This document shows, piece after piece, positions 1 to 10,586 of a stretch of DNA of 64,000 nucleotides. The first letter of the stretch is position 1, and the number at the start of each line of letters is the position of its first letter. This DNA is from a virus. Location of the stretch: positions 6,609 through 70,608 of IMG/VR virus record IMGVR_UViG_3300048589_000504. One strand, 5' to 3'. The notes below the pieces were generated by a model. The model saw only the letters and a program-made list of their open reading frames with translations, was not told where the DNA came from and made no database searches. The position numbers and the translations under genes were made by a program.

Positions 1-1355
1 AGCGCGAATACCATCCGGCAGCCAACATATTCCCGCTGATGCAAGGGGCGGAGTACGAAGACCTGAAAGCCGACATCGCTGCCAATGGCCTGCGGGAAGC
101 TATCTGGCTGCACAAAGACGGCCGTATCATCGACGGGCGTAATCGGCATAGGGCGTGTCTGGACACCGACACGCTGCCGCAATTCAGGACGTGGGGCGGG
201 AAAGGGTCGTTGGTGTCGTTCGTGGTGTCGCTGAACTTGCACCGGCGGCATCTGAGCAGCAGCCAGCGCGCGGCCGCGGCGATTGAAATGTTACCGCTGT
301 ACGAAGCTGAGGCGAAAGAGCGGCAAGTGACGCTGGCTGGTACGCGCCGGAACGATGAAGCAGACCTTCCGCAATTAATTGCGGAAGGTGCAACCGGTGA
401 AGCGCGCGACATTGTTGCGCAAGACTTCGGCACGAACCGGCAATACGTTTCCGACGCCAAGCGCCTGAACGAAGAGGCGCCTGACATTTTTGAGCGAGTC
501 AAATTAGGAAAGACCACAATCCCGAAGGCGAACAAGGAACTGAAAGAGCGCAATCAAGCCCCTCGTCATTTGACAATCCCCTCCCTCGCTGAAGAGATGA
601 TCGGCCTACCCGATCAAGAACGCTTCGAGCGGCTCGGCTGGGGTCTGCGCACATGGGATGACTGGCGCTTCGACAAGTGCGATGAACGCTTTGGCGACGA
701 CTGGCCCGGCCGCATTCCCGCGCAATTAGTCGCTCACACGCTGTTCTACTTTACTCGCGAGGGAGACAGAGTGCTCGATCCAATGGCGGGCGGCGGCGTG
801 GTGCCGGATGTGTGCAAGGTGTTCGGACGGCCGTGTGATGCCTTCGATCTGGCGACACGGCCGGAGCGACCGGAGATCCGTAAGCACGTCTGGAATCCGG
901 CGTCTCCACAGTGGCCCGCGGACACCGAGCCGCCGGACCTTATCTTCTTCGACCCGCCTTACTTCAGCAAGAAACAGAGCGAGTACGCAGACAAAGCCGG
1001 AGCCGGAGAAGTGCCGATCAGCGACCTTGACCGGCGCGCCTACCTGGACTTCTTTGCCCGCTTCTTCCGGCTGGCACGCGCACGATCCGGACATGGCACG
1101 CGCATGGCGTTTCTGAACGCGGATTGGCGCGACTTTCAGGGCACTCCCGCGGTTGATGAAGCGCACTATGAGGCGATCACGCTGCTGGATTACGCCGACC
1201 TGCTGAAGCGCAACGGCTGGAACATCACGCACCTGATCGACGCGCCGATGTCAACCGAACGCTTTAACGCCGGGGTTGTGTCAGCGATGCAAAAGCGGCG
1301 CATCCTCGGCGTCGTGCGCAGGACACTCATCATGGCGGTGGCGACGAATGACTAA
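1..1355 (+). CDS. ParB-N-like domain fused to amino-DNA methyltransferase (5' truncated by window)
   Basis: Frame is open from base 3 ([15 protein letters not shown]). ParB-N motif [11 protein letters not shown] and SLNLHRRHL; MTase motif [10 protein letters not shown] and motif IV FFDPPY. Confidence 0.8.
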   Translation, partial: REYHPAANIFPLMQGAEYEDLKADIAANGLREAIWLHKDGRIIDGRNRHRACLDTDTLPQFRTWGGKGSLVSFVVSLNLHRRHLSSSQRAAAAIEMLPLYEAEAKERQVTLAGTRRNDEADLPQLIAEGATGEARDIVAQDFGTNRQYVSDAKRLNEEAPDIFERVKLGKTTIPKANKELKERNQAPRHLTIPSLAEEMIGLPDQERFERLGWGLRTWDDWRFDKCDERFGDDWPGRIPAQLVAHTLFYFTREGDRVLDPMAGGGVVPDVCKVFGRPCDAFDLATRPERPEIRKHVWNPASPQWPADTEPPDLIFFDPPYFSKKQSEYADKAGAGEVPISDLDRRAYLDFFARFFRLARARSGHGTRMAFLNADWRDFQGTPAVDEAHYEAITLLDYADLLKRNGWNITHLIDAPMSTERFNAGVVSAMQKRRILGVVRRTLIMAVATND

Positions 1356-2061
1356 CATCTGGTTCGTGAAGCACAGCGAAGTGCTTTACAAATTGCAGCA
1401 GTCCGGTATCAAGTATCCGACCTTCAAGCGCACCGGCATGCACATGCGCGACATCAATGCCGGATACAAAAACGCGCCGGTGATCCCGCTGCTGTATGGC
1501 TACGTGCAAACGCAAGGCCGCCTGCCCGCGCCGGAACTGTGCGCGCGCTGGCTGTACGATAACCACGCCGACGAAACAGAAAAGCGCACAGAGCGCAAAG
1601 AGGTTATCCAGCGCACGATCAAGCTGGTACTGGACTTCTATCGCGAGCTGCACACGTTCGGCCTGCTGGCATCCAATGACTTCTTTGGCGTGGTTCGTTA
1701 TGCCAAAGTTGACGACATCGATCTGGGCGTCGATTACACGGCCGAAGTGAGCGAGGCGCAGCAGCTCATCACACTGGACAAGATCGGCGTACAGGCGGCA
1801 ATCGGTGACGCCCGCGCCTACACGCGGGAAGGGTACTTTCAGCCGGTGAAGGCGGCGCGGAAACTGACACGTACCGGCGGCGCGCTGAAGTGGGACGGCC
1901 CAATCCACTGGCTGACAAATGAGTTTCGGCGCGCGGCCTACGAGCCGGTTAGCGGCACGTTGTTGTTCACTGAAGCGCACGTCGCCGATCTTGTCGAAGA
2001 GGTAGCCGGGCAAGGTATTGTGCGCACGGCCGTGCAAGCGGACGCGGACACGCCGGAGTAG
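1348..2061 (+). CDS. hypothetical protein, possible PD-(D/E)xK-type endonuclease partner of the methyltransferase
   Basis: ATG overlaps the MTase 3' end. DDIDLGVDY...IGVQ resembles a nuclease acidic motif. Confidence 0.45.
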   Translation: MTNIWFVKHSEVLYKLQQSGIKYPTFKRTGMHMRDINAGYKNAPVIPLLYGYVQTQGRLPAPELCARWLYDNHADETEKRTERKEVIQRTIKLVLDFYRELHTFGLLASNDFFGVVRYAKVDDIDLGVDYTAEVSEAQQLITLDKIGVQAAIGDARAYTREGYFQPVKAARKLTRTGGALKWDGPIHWLTNEFRRAAYEPVSGTLLFTEAHVADLVEEVAGQGIVRTAVQADADTPE

Positions 2062-2125
2062 GCGCAGGCATGAAAGCGTGCACAGGTGCAACAGGGTGCT
2101 AGGCACTCAAAGGTAAGGTATCACA

Positions 2126-2323
2126 ATGGAATTTGTTCAAAGCCCACTATTCACGATGTACCTGTTCGTTGGCGCATTGCTTGGCGCGGCGATTGTGGTG
2201 AAGAAGACCGGACGCGGCGACGGTCTTGGTTCCTGTCTGGCCTACGGCCTTATCGCCGCGCTTGTCTGGCCGCTGCTGCTGTTTCTGGCGATTATCGACA
2301 CGACCAGCAGACCGAGCCGGTAG
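2126..2323 (+). CDS. small membrane protein
   Basis: 65 aa with two hydrophobic segments; AAGG upstream. Confidence 0.55.
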   Translation: MEFVQSPLFTMYLFVGALLGAAIVVKKTGRGDGLGSCLAYGLIAALVWPLLLFLAIIDTTSRPSR

Positions 2324-2428
2324 CTCTCTTTTTTCGGCTTGCATGAAATGATGGATAATGGTAGAGAATGATGAAAAACCATGATATACTAAACGCAGCC
2401 AGACGCGGCCAGCATTAAAGAGAGGAAC

Positions 2429-2821
2429 ATGCCAACGTTACCGGACATTGAAGGGATTCCCGCCGCACAGTTCAAAACGAACGTCACCAAGCGCCTTCCG
2501 GCACTGGCTAAAGAGCATTATCCAGAGAATCAGCCGCGGCGCGCGGCAGTGCTGCGGCGAGCGCTGCAACTCGCGCCGGAAATGCCGGAACCGGCCTGGC
2601 GCATGGCCAGAGGCGAACACGTCTGGGTTGTCGATCCCAATTACGTCCTGCGCGTGTGGCGTCTGGCGAACAAGCGGTGGTGCTGTCAGTTGATTGGCGC
2701 GACCCCGCTCAGCAGCTACGTATGCTTGCAAGAGACAGCCAGCAGCGGCAAGGCACAACTGGAAGCATATCTGTTATGGCGGGCCGCAAGCGCGGCCATA
2801 TTCGACGCAGAGGCCGGGTAG
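2429..2821 (+). CDS. hypothetical protein
   Basis: GAGG SD; TGaTATACT -10-like element near 2382-2390. Confidence 0.6.
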   Translation: MPTLPDIEGIPAAQFKTNVTKRLPALAKEHYPENQPRRAAVLRRALQLAPEMPEPAWRMARGEHVWVVDPNYVLRVWRLANKRWCCQLIGATPLSSYVCLQETASSGKAQLEAYLLWRAASAAIFDAEAG

Positions 2822-2889
2822 GGATTGCATCATGAGAACGTTTGTGCTACCGTCACCGCGTCCGACATCCACGCATTTACCCCTCATAG

Positions 2890-2927
2890 AAACGGCCGTC
2901 AGCAGACCTCCTCTGACGGCCGTTTCG
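2890..2927. repeat. 14-bp inverted repeat built from two ACGGCCGT octamers
   Basis: GAAACGGCCGTCAG-N10-CTGACGGCCGTTTC, intergenic. Confidence 0.75.
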
Positions 2928-2956
2928 CATTTTGGGGCCGGAAATGGGGGTAGGCT

Positions 2957-3220
2957 ATGCCGAGAATAGTCAAGAACAGATCATCGGAACCATCTGAGCC
3001 GGTCAAGCCGCCAATCGTGGCCAACGAAGTGAACGCACTCGCGGCCCGCATCTCCCGCAAATATGGGGACGTGCCCGGCGCGGTCGTGGCCCTGATCGTC
3101 GCGCACGACGGGCCGGTCCAGTGCTGCATACAGGTCGGTGGCTTTGAGGTCGCGTATCAGACGGCCGCCACGATTGCCGAGGCTATGGCGCTGGCTGAAG
3201 CGGAAGCGTGCAACACATGA
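2957..3220 (+). CDS. hypothetical protein
   Basis: G-rich SD; stop overlaps the next start (ATGA). Confidence 0.55.
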   Translation: MPRIVKNRSSEPSEPVKPPIVANEVNALAARISRKYGDVPGAVVALIVAHDGPVQCCIQVGGFEVAYQTAATIAEAMALAEAEACNT

Positions 3221-3828
3221 GCGAGAAGAAGGTCAAGTGCTCACGCTGCGGCGCGCTGACAAAGCATCGCCAACTGTGCGACCAGTACCCGCCGCCGCGC
3301 GATCTGGTCATGCTGCTCATTGAAACGCCGATGCTTATGAGCGATTACGAGCGCGAATTCCTGCGCGCCGGATCGCGTTATTTCATTTACACCCGCTACA
3401 ACCTGGGTCTTGCCATTTTGGAGCAGGAAAACCCGCAGTTGTTGGCGCGCTGGCATTCGTGGCGCGTCGATGAAACGAACAAGCGCAGGTTGAAGGGGCA
3501 AAGAAACAGCGGGAGGTACGGCGTCAACGCCAAGTACTGCGCCTGCTGCGAGGCAAAGCTGAGTAGTAAGCGCCTGCTGAAAGCAGCCGGGGTCTATGGC
3601 GATTATTGCGGGTGGTGCGTCGCTGAGCTGCGCTACAAGGCGGTATGCAGCGGCGACGTTCCCGAAGATATGCCGCTTGCTGAATTCGCCGAAGTGCTGG
3701 CAAAAAGTGGGACCGTGGCGGCGATGCAGAAGCGCCGCGAGTGGGTCAGCAAGGCCGCCGGAAAAGAGAGTAAACATCGGCCCGGCGCGAAAGCGATTGC
3801 GGGGCAGAACGTGCCAGCCTTCGCATAA
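3217..3828 (+). CDS. hypothetical Cys-rich (zinc-binding) protein
   Basis: CSRC, CACC and CGWC pairs; ATGA coupling. Confidence 0.6.
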   Translation: MSEKKVKCSRCGALTKHRQLCDQYPPPRDLVMLLIETPMLMSDYEREFLRAGSRYFIYTRYNLGLAILEQENPQLLARWHSWRVDETNKRRLKGQRNSGRYGVNAKYCACCEAKLSSKRLLKAAGVYGDYCGWCVAELRYKAVCSGDVPEDMPLAEFAEVLAKSGTVAAMQKRREWVSKAAGKESKHRPGAKAIAGQNVPAFA

Positions 3829-3956
3829 CCATTAGTGAAAATCACGGCAAGTTTTCAGGAAGGAAAGAGTAAAACGCAGGATCAGCGAAGGTATGCATAT
3901 GCGGGGGTCGGTTTCGTGCGCTCGCGAACGTTTCGCAAAGGTTTACAGGGTTTTCT

Positions 3957-4670
3957 ATGGGTAGTCGCAACTACGCCGAACTAATCCAGCAAGAGCTGGA
4001 CGCGCTGGATCACCTCAATTCCAGACGCTCGATGCGCGACAAGACGTTGCTCGCCGTCGCCGCTGCGGTTGTGGACGGCCGTTCGATCAACTCCGTGCTC
4101 GGCACAGGCGGTGCGGTGCGAGAATCCACCTACTACAGCAAGAAAAAGGACTGGCACAACAACAGGGACTTTAAGCGCGCGCTGAACAACATTATCGCGC
4201 TGTACCGCCAACGCGACACTGAGATGCGTGAAGCGGCGGAAGCGGAAGCGCGAGAGAAGCGGCATCGGGAGCGGGCGCGCCTGATCGATGAGGGCAAGGC
4301 GATCTTGACCTCCCTCATCGCCGAACAGCTTCACCAAGCGGAGCTAATCAAGCTCAGAGCGCAAGACGCGCTGGAGAACGGGGAAGTGCCGCAGTCGGTC
4401 GGCTTGGAAGCCAGGCTCGACGAATTGACCCGCTTCATGAAAGTCATCTTTTCCGAAGAGCGTACCGAGTTCGACGAGACACCGGCCAGCAAGATACAAG
4501 CCGAATTTGATTGGCGCGCCAATTTGCCGGATGGGGTCACGCCGTCGGACGCGGACGAGGCTCTGAATCAGTTTGCGGAGATCATTGTCAGGCAGCAGCT
4601 ACAAAACGTACTAGACGGCCGTCTCGGAGCCGACGACGAGAGCTTCACAGACGCGGACGGTGCCGACTGA
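3957..4670 (+). CDS. terS: putative terminase small subunit
   Basis: Directly upstream of terL, with stop overlapping its start; N-terminal HTH-like segment and helical body. Confidence 0.65.
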   Translation: MGSRNYAELIQQELDALDHLNSRRSMRDKTLLAVAAAVVDGRSINSVLGTGGAVRESTYYSKKKDWHNNRDFKRALNNIIALYRQRDTEMREAAEAEAREKRHRERARLIDEGKAILTSLIAEQLHQAELIKLRAQDALENGEVPQSVGLEARLDELTRFMKVIFSEERTEFDETPASKIQAEFDWRANLPDGVTPSDADEALNQFAEIIVRQQLQNVLDGRLGADDESFTDADGAD

Positions 4671-6403
4671 TGGACGCCGCCTACGCGCCGCTCATTCGCC
4701 AACTATGGGGCGACAACGCCCCGCCTGCGCTGCAAGAGGCGATCACCGGCGAACTGCAAGCGCGGGTTGCCCTGCTCATGCAAGAGGAAGCGCGGTCGCA
4801 CGAACTGCTGCGGGATTGGCGCAAGTGGGTCACGTCGATGTTCCCGACCTACGCTTCCAAGCCTTTTGCTGATCATCACGTCGATTTCTGGCGCTGGGTG
4901 TGGGATATAGAAGAGGGTGTCCGGCCACGGCCGTTCGTGGCTATCTGGCCACGTGGCGGGGGAAAGTCTAGTTCGGCTGAAATGGCCTGTGTCGCTATCG
5001 GCGCACGCAAGGTACGCAAGTACGTCTGGTACATCGGCACGACCCAGGATCAGGCGGATAAGCACGTCGAGAACATCGCCGACATGCTGGAAAGCAGCGA
5101 GATAGCCGCCAATCACCGGCTGCTGTCGCAGCGGGAGATCGGCAAGTATGGCAACTCACGCGGCTGGCGCCGCAGCCGCCTGCGCACGGCCAGCGGTTTC
5201 ACTGTTGACGCTATCGGCCTCGACACTGCGCGGCGTGGTTCGCGTGTGAAGGACGCGCGGCCGGACGTACAAATTTACGACGACATCGACGAGAAGCACG
5301 ACACAGCCAAGACCATCGAGAAGAAGATACAGATCATCACCACGTCGCTGCTGCCGGCCGGTTCCAACGATCTGGCGGTCATGATGGTACAGAACCTGAT
5401 CCACCCGGACAGCATTTTCGCGCAGCTCGCCGACGGCCGGGCCGGATTCCTGTACGACCGCGAAGTGTCCGGCCCACATCCGGCCGTGCGCGGCCTGACC
5501 TATGAAGAGCGCCCCGGCGGCGGATACGTCGTGACCGGCGGCGTGCCGACGTGGGAAGGGCAGGGGCTTGCCACGGTACAGGAGCAGATCAACGAGTGGG
5601 GCATCTCCGCATTCGAGGCCGAAGCGCAGCACGAAGTCGCCGCGCCGCTCGGCGGCATCTGGGATCACGTCATCTTCCGGCACGTCACGCACGACAAAGT
5701 ACCGGGCATCGTGACCGGCTGCGTCTGGGTCGATCCGGCCGTGACGGAGACAGACAACAGCGACAGTCACGCCATTCAGGCCGACGGCATCGCCGCCGAC
5801 GGTACGATCTACCGCTTCTTCTCGTGGGAGCAGGTCACGTCGCCGGAAGAAAGCATTTGGCGGGCGGTATTGAAGGCGGTCGAACTTGGTTTTGTGACCG
5901 TCGGCATTGAGACGGATCAGGGCGGCGACGCATGGCGGTCGGTGTATCGCTACGCCACGAACAGCATGCGCGAGATTTCGACGGCGCTTGTGGCATTGGA
6001 GCAGGGCGGGCTGGAACAGGACGCGGGTAAAGACGACAAGTATCAGCAGTTGCGCGCCCTGTCACCGGAAGACGCGGCGCGGCACACGGCCGTGCTTGCC
6101 GCGCATGACGAGACGAAGGTCGGGCAGGTACGGCCGTATGCGGCCGGTATCGTTTACGGCAATATCATGCTGCCGCGCTTCAAGTCAGCAAAGGCCGGGG
6201 CAGGGCATGGCAGCAAAGTGGAGCGCAACGCGCGCATGCTGACAGATTACGAGCGTGGGCGCGTGGTGCATGTGACCGGCACACACGAGGCGTTGGAAAA
6301 GGCATTGAAGCGTTTCCCGAAGGCGAAACCGTTCGACCTGGTGGACGCGGCATATTGGGGTTGGGCTGACCTTCGCGGCGTGTCGAAGGGCGTATATATC
6401 TAG
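4670..6403 (+). CDS. terL: terminase large subunit
   Basis: Walker A WPRGGGKS, Walker B QIYDDID, nuclease WVDPA and C-terminal FDLVDA. Start moved to ATG 4670. Confidence 0.92.
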   Translation: MDAAYAPLIRQLWGDNAPPALQEAITGELQARVALLMQEEARSHELLRDWRKWVTSMFPTYASKPFADHHVDFWRWVWDIEEGVRPRPFVAIWPRGGGKSSSAEMACVAIGARKVRKYVWYIGTTQDQADKHVENIADMLESSEIAANHRLLSQREIGKYGNSRGWRRSRLRTASGFTVDAIGLDTARRGSRVKDARPDVQIYDDIDEKHDTAKTIEKKIQIITTSLLPAGSNDLAVMMVQNLIHPDSIFAQLADGRAGFLYDREVSGPHPAVRGLTYEERPGGGYVVTGGVPTWEGQGLATVQEQINEWGISAFEAEAQHEVAAPLGGIWDHVIFRHVTHDKVPGIVTGCVWVDPAVTETDNSDSHAIQADGIAADGTIYRFFSWEQVTSPEESIWRAVLKAVELGFVTVGIETDQGGDAWRSVYRYATNSMREISTALVALEQGGLEQDAGKDDKYQQLRALSPEDAARHTAVLAAHDETKVGQVRPYAAGIVYGNIMLPRFKSAKAGAGHGSKVERNARMLTDYERGRVVHVTGTHEALEKALKRFPKAKPFDLVDAAYWGWADLRGVSKGVYI

Positions 6404-6418
6404 GGGCAGGGGAAGATT

Positions 6419-8455
6419 ATGGCAGTTAGACGATGGTGGCGCGGGTTTGGAGAAGGGAGCAACAAGGCACGCTCCGGTCCGCCGACAGAACAGAAGATGT
6501 CATTGAGTATCACGTCAACCGGCGTGCAGAAAGTGGCGAATTTGCCGGATACCGGCGCGGGCGCGTTGGTGGCCGCGTACCGGCACAACCAGCTCGTGCG
6601 CGCCTGCGTGGACATTCTCGCTAACAGTGCGACCGATCCGCGCCTGATCGTGCAGGCCCGCGACAAGGACGGCGACTGGAACGAGGTTATGGGCCACCCG
6701 TTCCGGCGGCTGCTCATGCGCCCGAACAGCTACATGGATGAAGCGATGTTTATCTCCTTCGCAGAGATGAGCATCGAGGTCATGGGCGTGTTCTACTGCG
6801 AGATTGTGCGCTCACGCGGCAAAGTGCCGGTGGAGCTGCATCCGCTGCAACCGCAGCTCGTAACGCCGCAGTATCGCACGCTGCGCAATGGCGAGAAGGA
6901 GCTGACGCACTATCTGTACAAGGATGGTCTGTACGAGCAGAAGTTTGCGCTGGAAGAAATGCTTGTGCGCGATGACAAAATGCTTGGCGGCCGATTGTCG
7001 CCGTTAGCATCTGCTATGCGCGCCATCGACAGTGACAACGCGCAAACCGACTACGTGCGTGCCTTCTTCGGCAACGCCGGTGTGCCGTCCGGTTTGTTGA
7101 AAATCCACAACCGCACGATTGACCAGGACGAGAGCCGCCGCCTGCAAGACCAGTGGGACGCGCGGTACAGTCTCGCGGGCGGCGGGGCGAATGGCACGGC
7201 CGTGCTCGACGAGAACGCGGATTACCAGAAGATCGGCGCGAATCTGAACGAACTGGACAGCCAGACGCTGCGCGGCTTCGACGAGAGCCGGATCACAATG
7301 GCCTTCGGGGTCCCGCCCCTGATCGTTTACGCCTATTTCGGCCTCATGCGCGCGACGTACAGCAATCTGAAGGAGGCTTGGTCGCAGTTCTGGCAGACGA
7401 CGATGAGCAGCAAGCTAAAGGGCTGGCGCAGCTTTTTCACAGTCAATCTGTTGCCTGCGTTTGAAGACCAGAACGCGATCCTTAATGAGCAGACGCGCCT
7501 GTTTTGGGACATCTCGCAAGTCGGAGCGCTGCAAGAGAACGTGGACGCCGCCAATGATCGCGCGCGCAACAACTTCACCGCCGGTGGCATGACCTTGAAC
7601 GAGTTCCGCGCGGCGGTCGGGTTGCGCGACTTCCCGGAACCCGACCTGGGCGACATGATCTACTTCCAACTGCGCGCCGCATCCGGTCTTTCCGGCATGT
7701 CGCCTCTGGCTGCTCTATCCGACGCGCAGACAGAAGCGGACGTTGCCAAGATTCTGAGCGAAGGCTTTGCGCGGCTGGAATTGGCACAGGGGGGAGCGCG
7801 GGAGGGCGGTAGTACGGCCGTCCAAACTACTCCGTCCGCTTCCAAGTGGCAGCTCGTTCGGCCGCAAGACGCGAAGATGCGGCAGGCGGAACAGCAGCGG
7901 CTTAAGCAGTATGGCGATGAGTTGTACGCATTAGCGGACAAGGCGCGGCAAGGGCAGATCGACAAGGAGCAGTTTGTCATCGACCTGAAGGCCCTGAGCC
8001 GCGACAGTCTCGTCGCTGCCTACGTGCTCGGTATGCTGCTCGGTGACGACGAGTTAACCGACGAGGAATTCGCGTCGGTGTACACGCACATTCAAAAGGC
8101 CGAAGAGAGCGCTGCCAATCTCGGTGAGGACATCTATGCCGGTCGTTATGGCGGGGTGCATCGGGACGAGGAAGACGAGGGCCAACCGGCCAGCCTGACG
8201 GCGCGCACGGCGCTCTGGGTCGGCGCGGCGGCGGCGGTGATCGTGCTCGGCCGGACGTGGCGACGGGATGACCCGGAACTGATGTGGAGGCGCGGCGCTA
8301 CCGAAGAGCCGTGCAACGACTGTCTCGCCTTTGAGGGCACGACGATGAAGGCCAGCGTCTGGCGGGCGACGTGGGATGCTGAACGCCTGCCGCGCGGGCA
8401 TGGGCTGGAATGCGGCGGCTGGAACTGCGAGTGCGATCTGTATGTGGTGGCGTAG
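6419..8455 (+). CDS. HK97-type portal protein with C-terminal MuF-like (minor head) domain
   Basis: Portal motifs VRACVD, FFGNAGVPSGLL, AFGVPP, MTLNEFRAAVGL; C-terminal CNDC...CGGWNCEC. Confidence 0.88.
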   Translation: MAVRRWWRGFGEGSNKARSGPPTEQKMSLSITSTGVQKVANLPDTGAGALVAAYRHNQLVRACVDILANSATDPRLIVQARDKDGDWNEVMGHPFRRLLMRPNSYMDEAMFISFAEMSIEVMGVFYCEIVRSRGKVPVELHPLQPQLVTPQYRTLRNGEKELTHYLYKDGLYEQKFALEEMLVRDDKMLGGRLSPLASAMRAIDSDNAQTDYVRAFFGNAGVPSGLLKIHNRTIDQDESRRLQDQWDARYSLAGGGANGTAVLDENADYQKIGANLNELDSQTLRGFDESRITMAFGVPPLIVYAYFGLMRATYSNLKEAWSQFWQTTMSSKLKGWRSFFTVNLLPAFEDQNAILNEQTRLFWDISQVGALQENVDAANDRARNNFTAGGMTLNEFRAAVGLRDFPEPDLGDMIYFQLRAASGLSGMSPLAALSDAQTEADVAKILSEGFARLELAQGGAREGGSTAVQTTPSASKWQLVRPQDAKMRQAEQQRLKQYGDELYALADKARQGQIDKEQFVIDLKALSRDSLVAAYVLGMLLGDDELTDEEFASVYTHIQKAEESAANLGEDIYAGRYGGVHRDEEDEGQPASLTARTALWVGAAAAVIVLGRTWRRDDPELMWRRGATEEPCNDCLAFEGTTMKASVWRATWDAERLPRGHGLECGGWNCECDLYVVA

Positions 8456-8704
8456 GTGGACGTGAGCGAGATTGTGATGGACATCGTTGTGCTGTTCCTG
8501 ATTGGCAACCAACTCTTTTTCATGGTTCTGGCGCTGTTGTTCGCTCTGGTCCAGAAGGAGCACGGCCGTGCGGGGTGCGACGTAACAGAGGGCATGTTAG
8601 CCGGTGTGCGCGGCGGTGAAGGTCAGGCAGACCGACCGCGTGTGGTGCATAAACGACACAACCGATTCGAGGTGAGATCGACTTATGGCGACGAGGGAAG
8701 ATGA
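8456..8704 (+). CDS. small membrane protein
   Basis: Hydrophobic N-terminus; abuts the portal stop. Confidence 0.4.
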   Translation: MDVSEIVMDIVVLFLIGNQLFFMVLALLFALVQKEHGRAGCDVTEGMLAGVRGGEGQADRPRVVHKRHNRFEVRSTYGDEGR

Positions 8705-8885
8705 GCTTTTGAGGCGTGAGCAGGCGGCGATCCGGAAGGCGCGTGATGCGCGGCTGGCTCCGTGGCAGGTGCAGGCGGCGTACTACATCGCCATGCTGAA
8801 CAACGCCGCCTTGCGCGACGGTGGGCAGGCAGTGACGTTGACGCTCACGCCGGGCAGCCCGCCGACATTGCAGAAGAGCGAGTAG
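8685..8885 (+). CDS. hypothetical protein
   Basis: GAGGTG SD upstream. Confidence 0.5.
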   Translation: MATREDELLRREQAAIRKARDARLAPWQVQAAYYIAMLNNAALRDGGQAVTLTLTPGSPPTLQKSE

Positions 8886-8932
8886 GCAGGTGGAAATTAT
8901 CAACCTTTAGCTGGGGAGCCAAAGGGTGTGTA

Positions 8933-9400
8933 ATGATGACTGAGTTGGAAGCTGACAGGATGGTGCAGATTGACGGGGAGGTAACGGCGCGGGCGCTGCC
9001 CATGCGGCCGGATGGGGAAACGTTCAGCGCCGTGTTCGCCCTCCCATCCCGCGAACATGACCCGGAAGGGAAGATAGCGAAGGCGATAATTCAGGATGCG
9101 AAGATGAACGCCCTGCGCAGGGCGTTCGTAGACAGCGGCGCGATCTGGAACGGCCGTACGTACACGATCCAGTTCGACGAAGAGCGGGAACGGGTTCCTG
9201 AGTTCTACGGCCGTTTTGCGGATGGTGTACGCTTGCATTTATCTGTCCGGCCGGTGGCTCGGAGCGTCTTTGCTTACAACGACTTCACCCGCTATGTGAC
9301 GAAAGACGGCCCGATACAGATGAGGCGCAGAGGTTGGCGCGGCAAGGTGCTGCGAGCGGTTGAACGGTTGCTGAATGTGGGCAGTGGAGGTGGACGATGA
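8933..9400 (+). CDS. hypothetical protein
   Basis: ORF coupled to the next gene by ATGA. Confidence 0.55.
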   Translation: MMTELEADRMVQIDGEVTARALPMRPDGETFSAVFALPSREHDPEGKIAKAIIQDAKMNALRRAFVDSGAIWNGRTYTIQFDEERERVPEFYGRFADGVRLHLSVRPVARSVFAYNDFTRYVTKDGPIQMRRRGWRGKVLRAVERLLNVGSGGGR

Positions 9401-9780
9401 AGGGTGGAATGGAACTTGAAACAGTTAATAACATTAAGTGGGATGTGATAAGCGAGCCGTACTTGGGAGGGTACAAGTTATACGGCTTCATAGACGCAAA
9501 CATGGGGGGATTCGCCGTCCCCGTCAAGAAAGCGGTCTGGGAGACAAAAGAGGTGGGCACGGTCGTGCCGATTGATGAGGTTGTTCCACTCTTGGCCTTG
9601 ACCCACGAATCCGCCAGCCAGCTCATGGATCAGCTATGGCTGGCCGGTGTACGGCCGTCCAACGGCGCGGGCAGCCAGGCAACGCACGAGGCGCTACAGG
9701 CTCATATCAAGGATTTGCAGCGCACAATTGAACGGCTCTTTAACGAGATTGAACGGGCCGGGAAGCGGGGTGGCGCGTGA
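9397..9780 (+). CDS. hypothetical phage protein
   Basis: GGAGG SD; QLMDQLWLAGVRP...HIKDLQR segment. Confidence 0.6.
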   Translation: MKGGMELETVNNIKWDVISEPYLGGYKLYGFIDANMGGFAVPVKKAVWETKEVGTVVPIDEVVPLLALTHESASQLMDQLWLAGVRPSNGAGSQATHEALQAHIKDLQRTIERLFNEIERAGKRGGA

Positions 9781-10382
9781 TCGGGAAAGACACTCGCTCC
9801 GCCGACATTCTGCGCTTCCTGTACGAATACACGGCCGACAATTACGGCCGTTCGCCAAGCTCACGCGAGATCGCAAGCGCGGTCGGCCTATCCTCCACAA
9901 ACAGCGTGCATATCTATCTCAAGCGGTTGGTTGAAGCGGGCTACATCGAACTTGTAGACGGCGGCGCGCGCAATATCAGGATCGTCGGCGCATGGTACAG
10001 CAACCCGCCGCTGCCGGATGAACTCGCGGCGCAGTACAACGAAGGCTATACCACGCGCGACCTCGGTGACTTGTACGGCGTGTCGCAGAGAACGATCACG
10101 ACTTGGCTGAAACGTTCGCCGGATTACGCGCCGCGACAGAACGGGGTGAAGTGCTCCAAGCTGCTGAGCATGAAACCGCAGCATCCCTGCGCGGTGTGCG
10201 AGATTGACCTCGATCACCCGGACATGATCCGCATTGGGGACAAGTGCCTTTACTGCGCTGAAGAAGAGCTGCGGCAGAAGCTGGCCGAGGTCATGAGCGA
10301 CCGCCCCGGCGTCCGCATGTCCGATCTTGACCTCTACCCCGCTAAATTCGCCGTGCACGTCGCACGGAGCCACTCACGATAG
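9777..10382 (+). CDS. LexA-type DNA-binding-domain regulator with second HTH and Cys pairs, no peptidase domain
   Basis: SPSSREIASAVGLSSTNSVHIYLKRLVEAGYI (LexA DBD); GYTTRDLGDLYGVSQRTITTWL (HTH); CAVC/CLYC. Confidence 0.75.
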   Translation: MIGKDTRSADILRFLYEYTADNYGRSPSSREIASAVGLSSTNSVHIYLKRLVEAGYIELVDGGARNIRIVGAWYSNPPLPDELAAQYNEGYTTRDLGDLYGVSQRTITTWLKRSPDYAPRQNGVKCSKLLSMKPQHPCAVCEIDLDHPDMIRIGDKCLYCAEEELRQKLAEVMSDRPGVRMSDLDLYPAKFAVHVARSHSR

Positions 10383-10445
10383 ATGCGACGCTGTGCGCCG
10401 CAAATCGCCGCCTGCGCCATCCTGTGCGGCGTAGCTGACGCAAAC

Positions 10446-10472
10446 TTGACTTCTCAGAAACAATGATATAAT
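10446..10472 (+). promoter_or_regulatory. sigma70-like promoter of the head operon
   Basis: TTGACT-N15-TATAAT with TG extension; spacer is short. Confidence 0.55.
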
Positions 10473-10510
10473 GGTGTAGAACGTTGTGAAACGTTAGATA
10501 ACAAATAAAT

Positions 10511-10566
10511 CGAGAAACGTTAGAAACTCGCCGTCGTCAGCATCCTTGCTGGCGGCGGCTTTTTTT
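10511..10566 (+). terminator. conserved leader/intrinsic terminator, copy 1
   Basis: CGAGAAACGTTAGAAACTC followed by GCCGTCGTCAGCA-TCCT-TGCTGGCGGCGGC and a T run; repeated at 16750. Confidence 0.8.
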
Positions 10567-10586
10567 GTTTTCCGAGGTGGGGGCCG

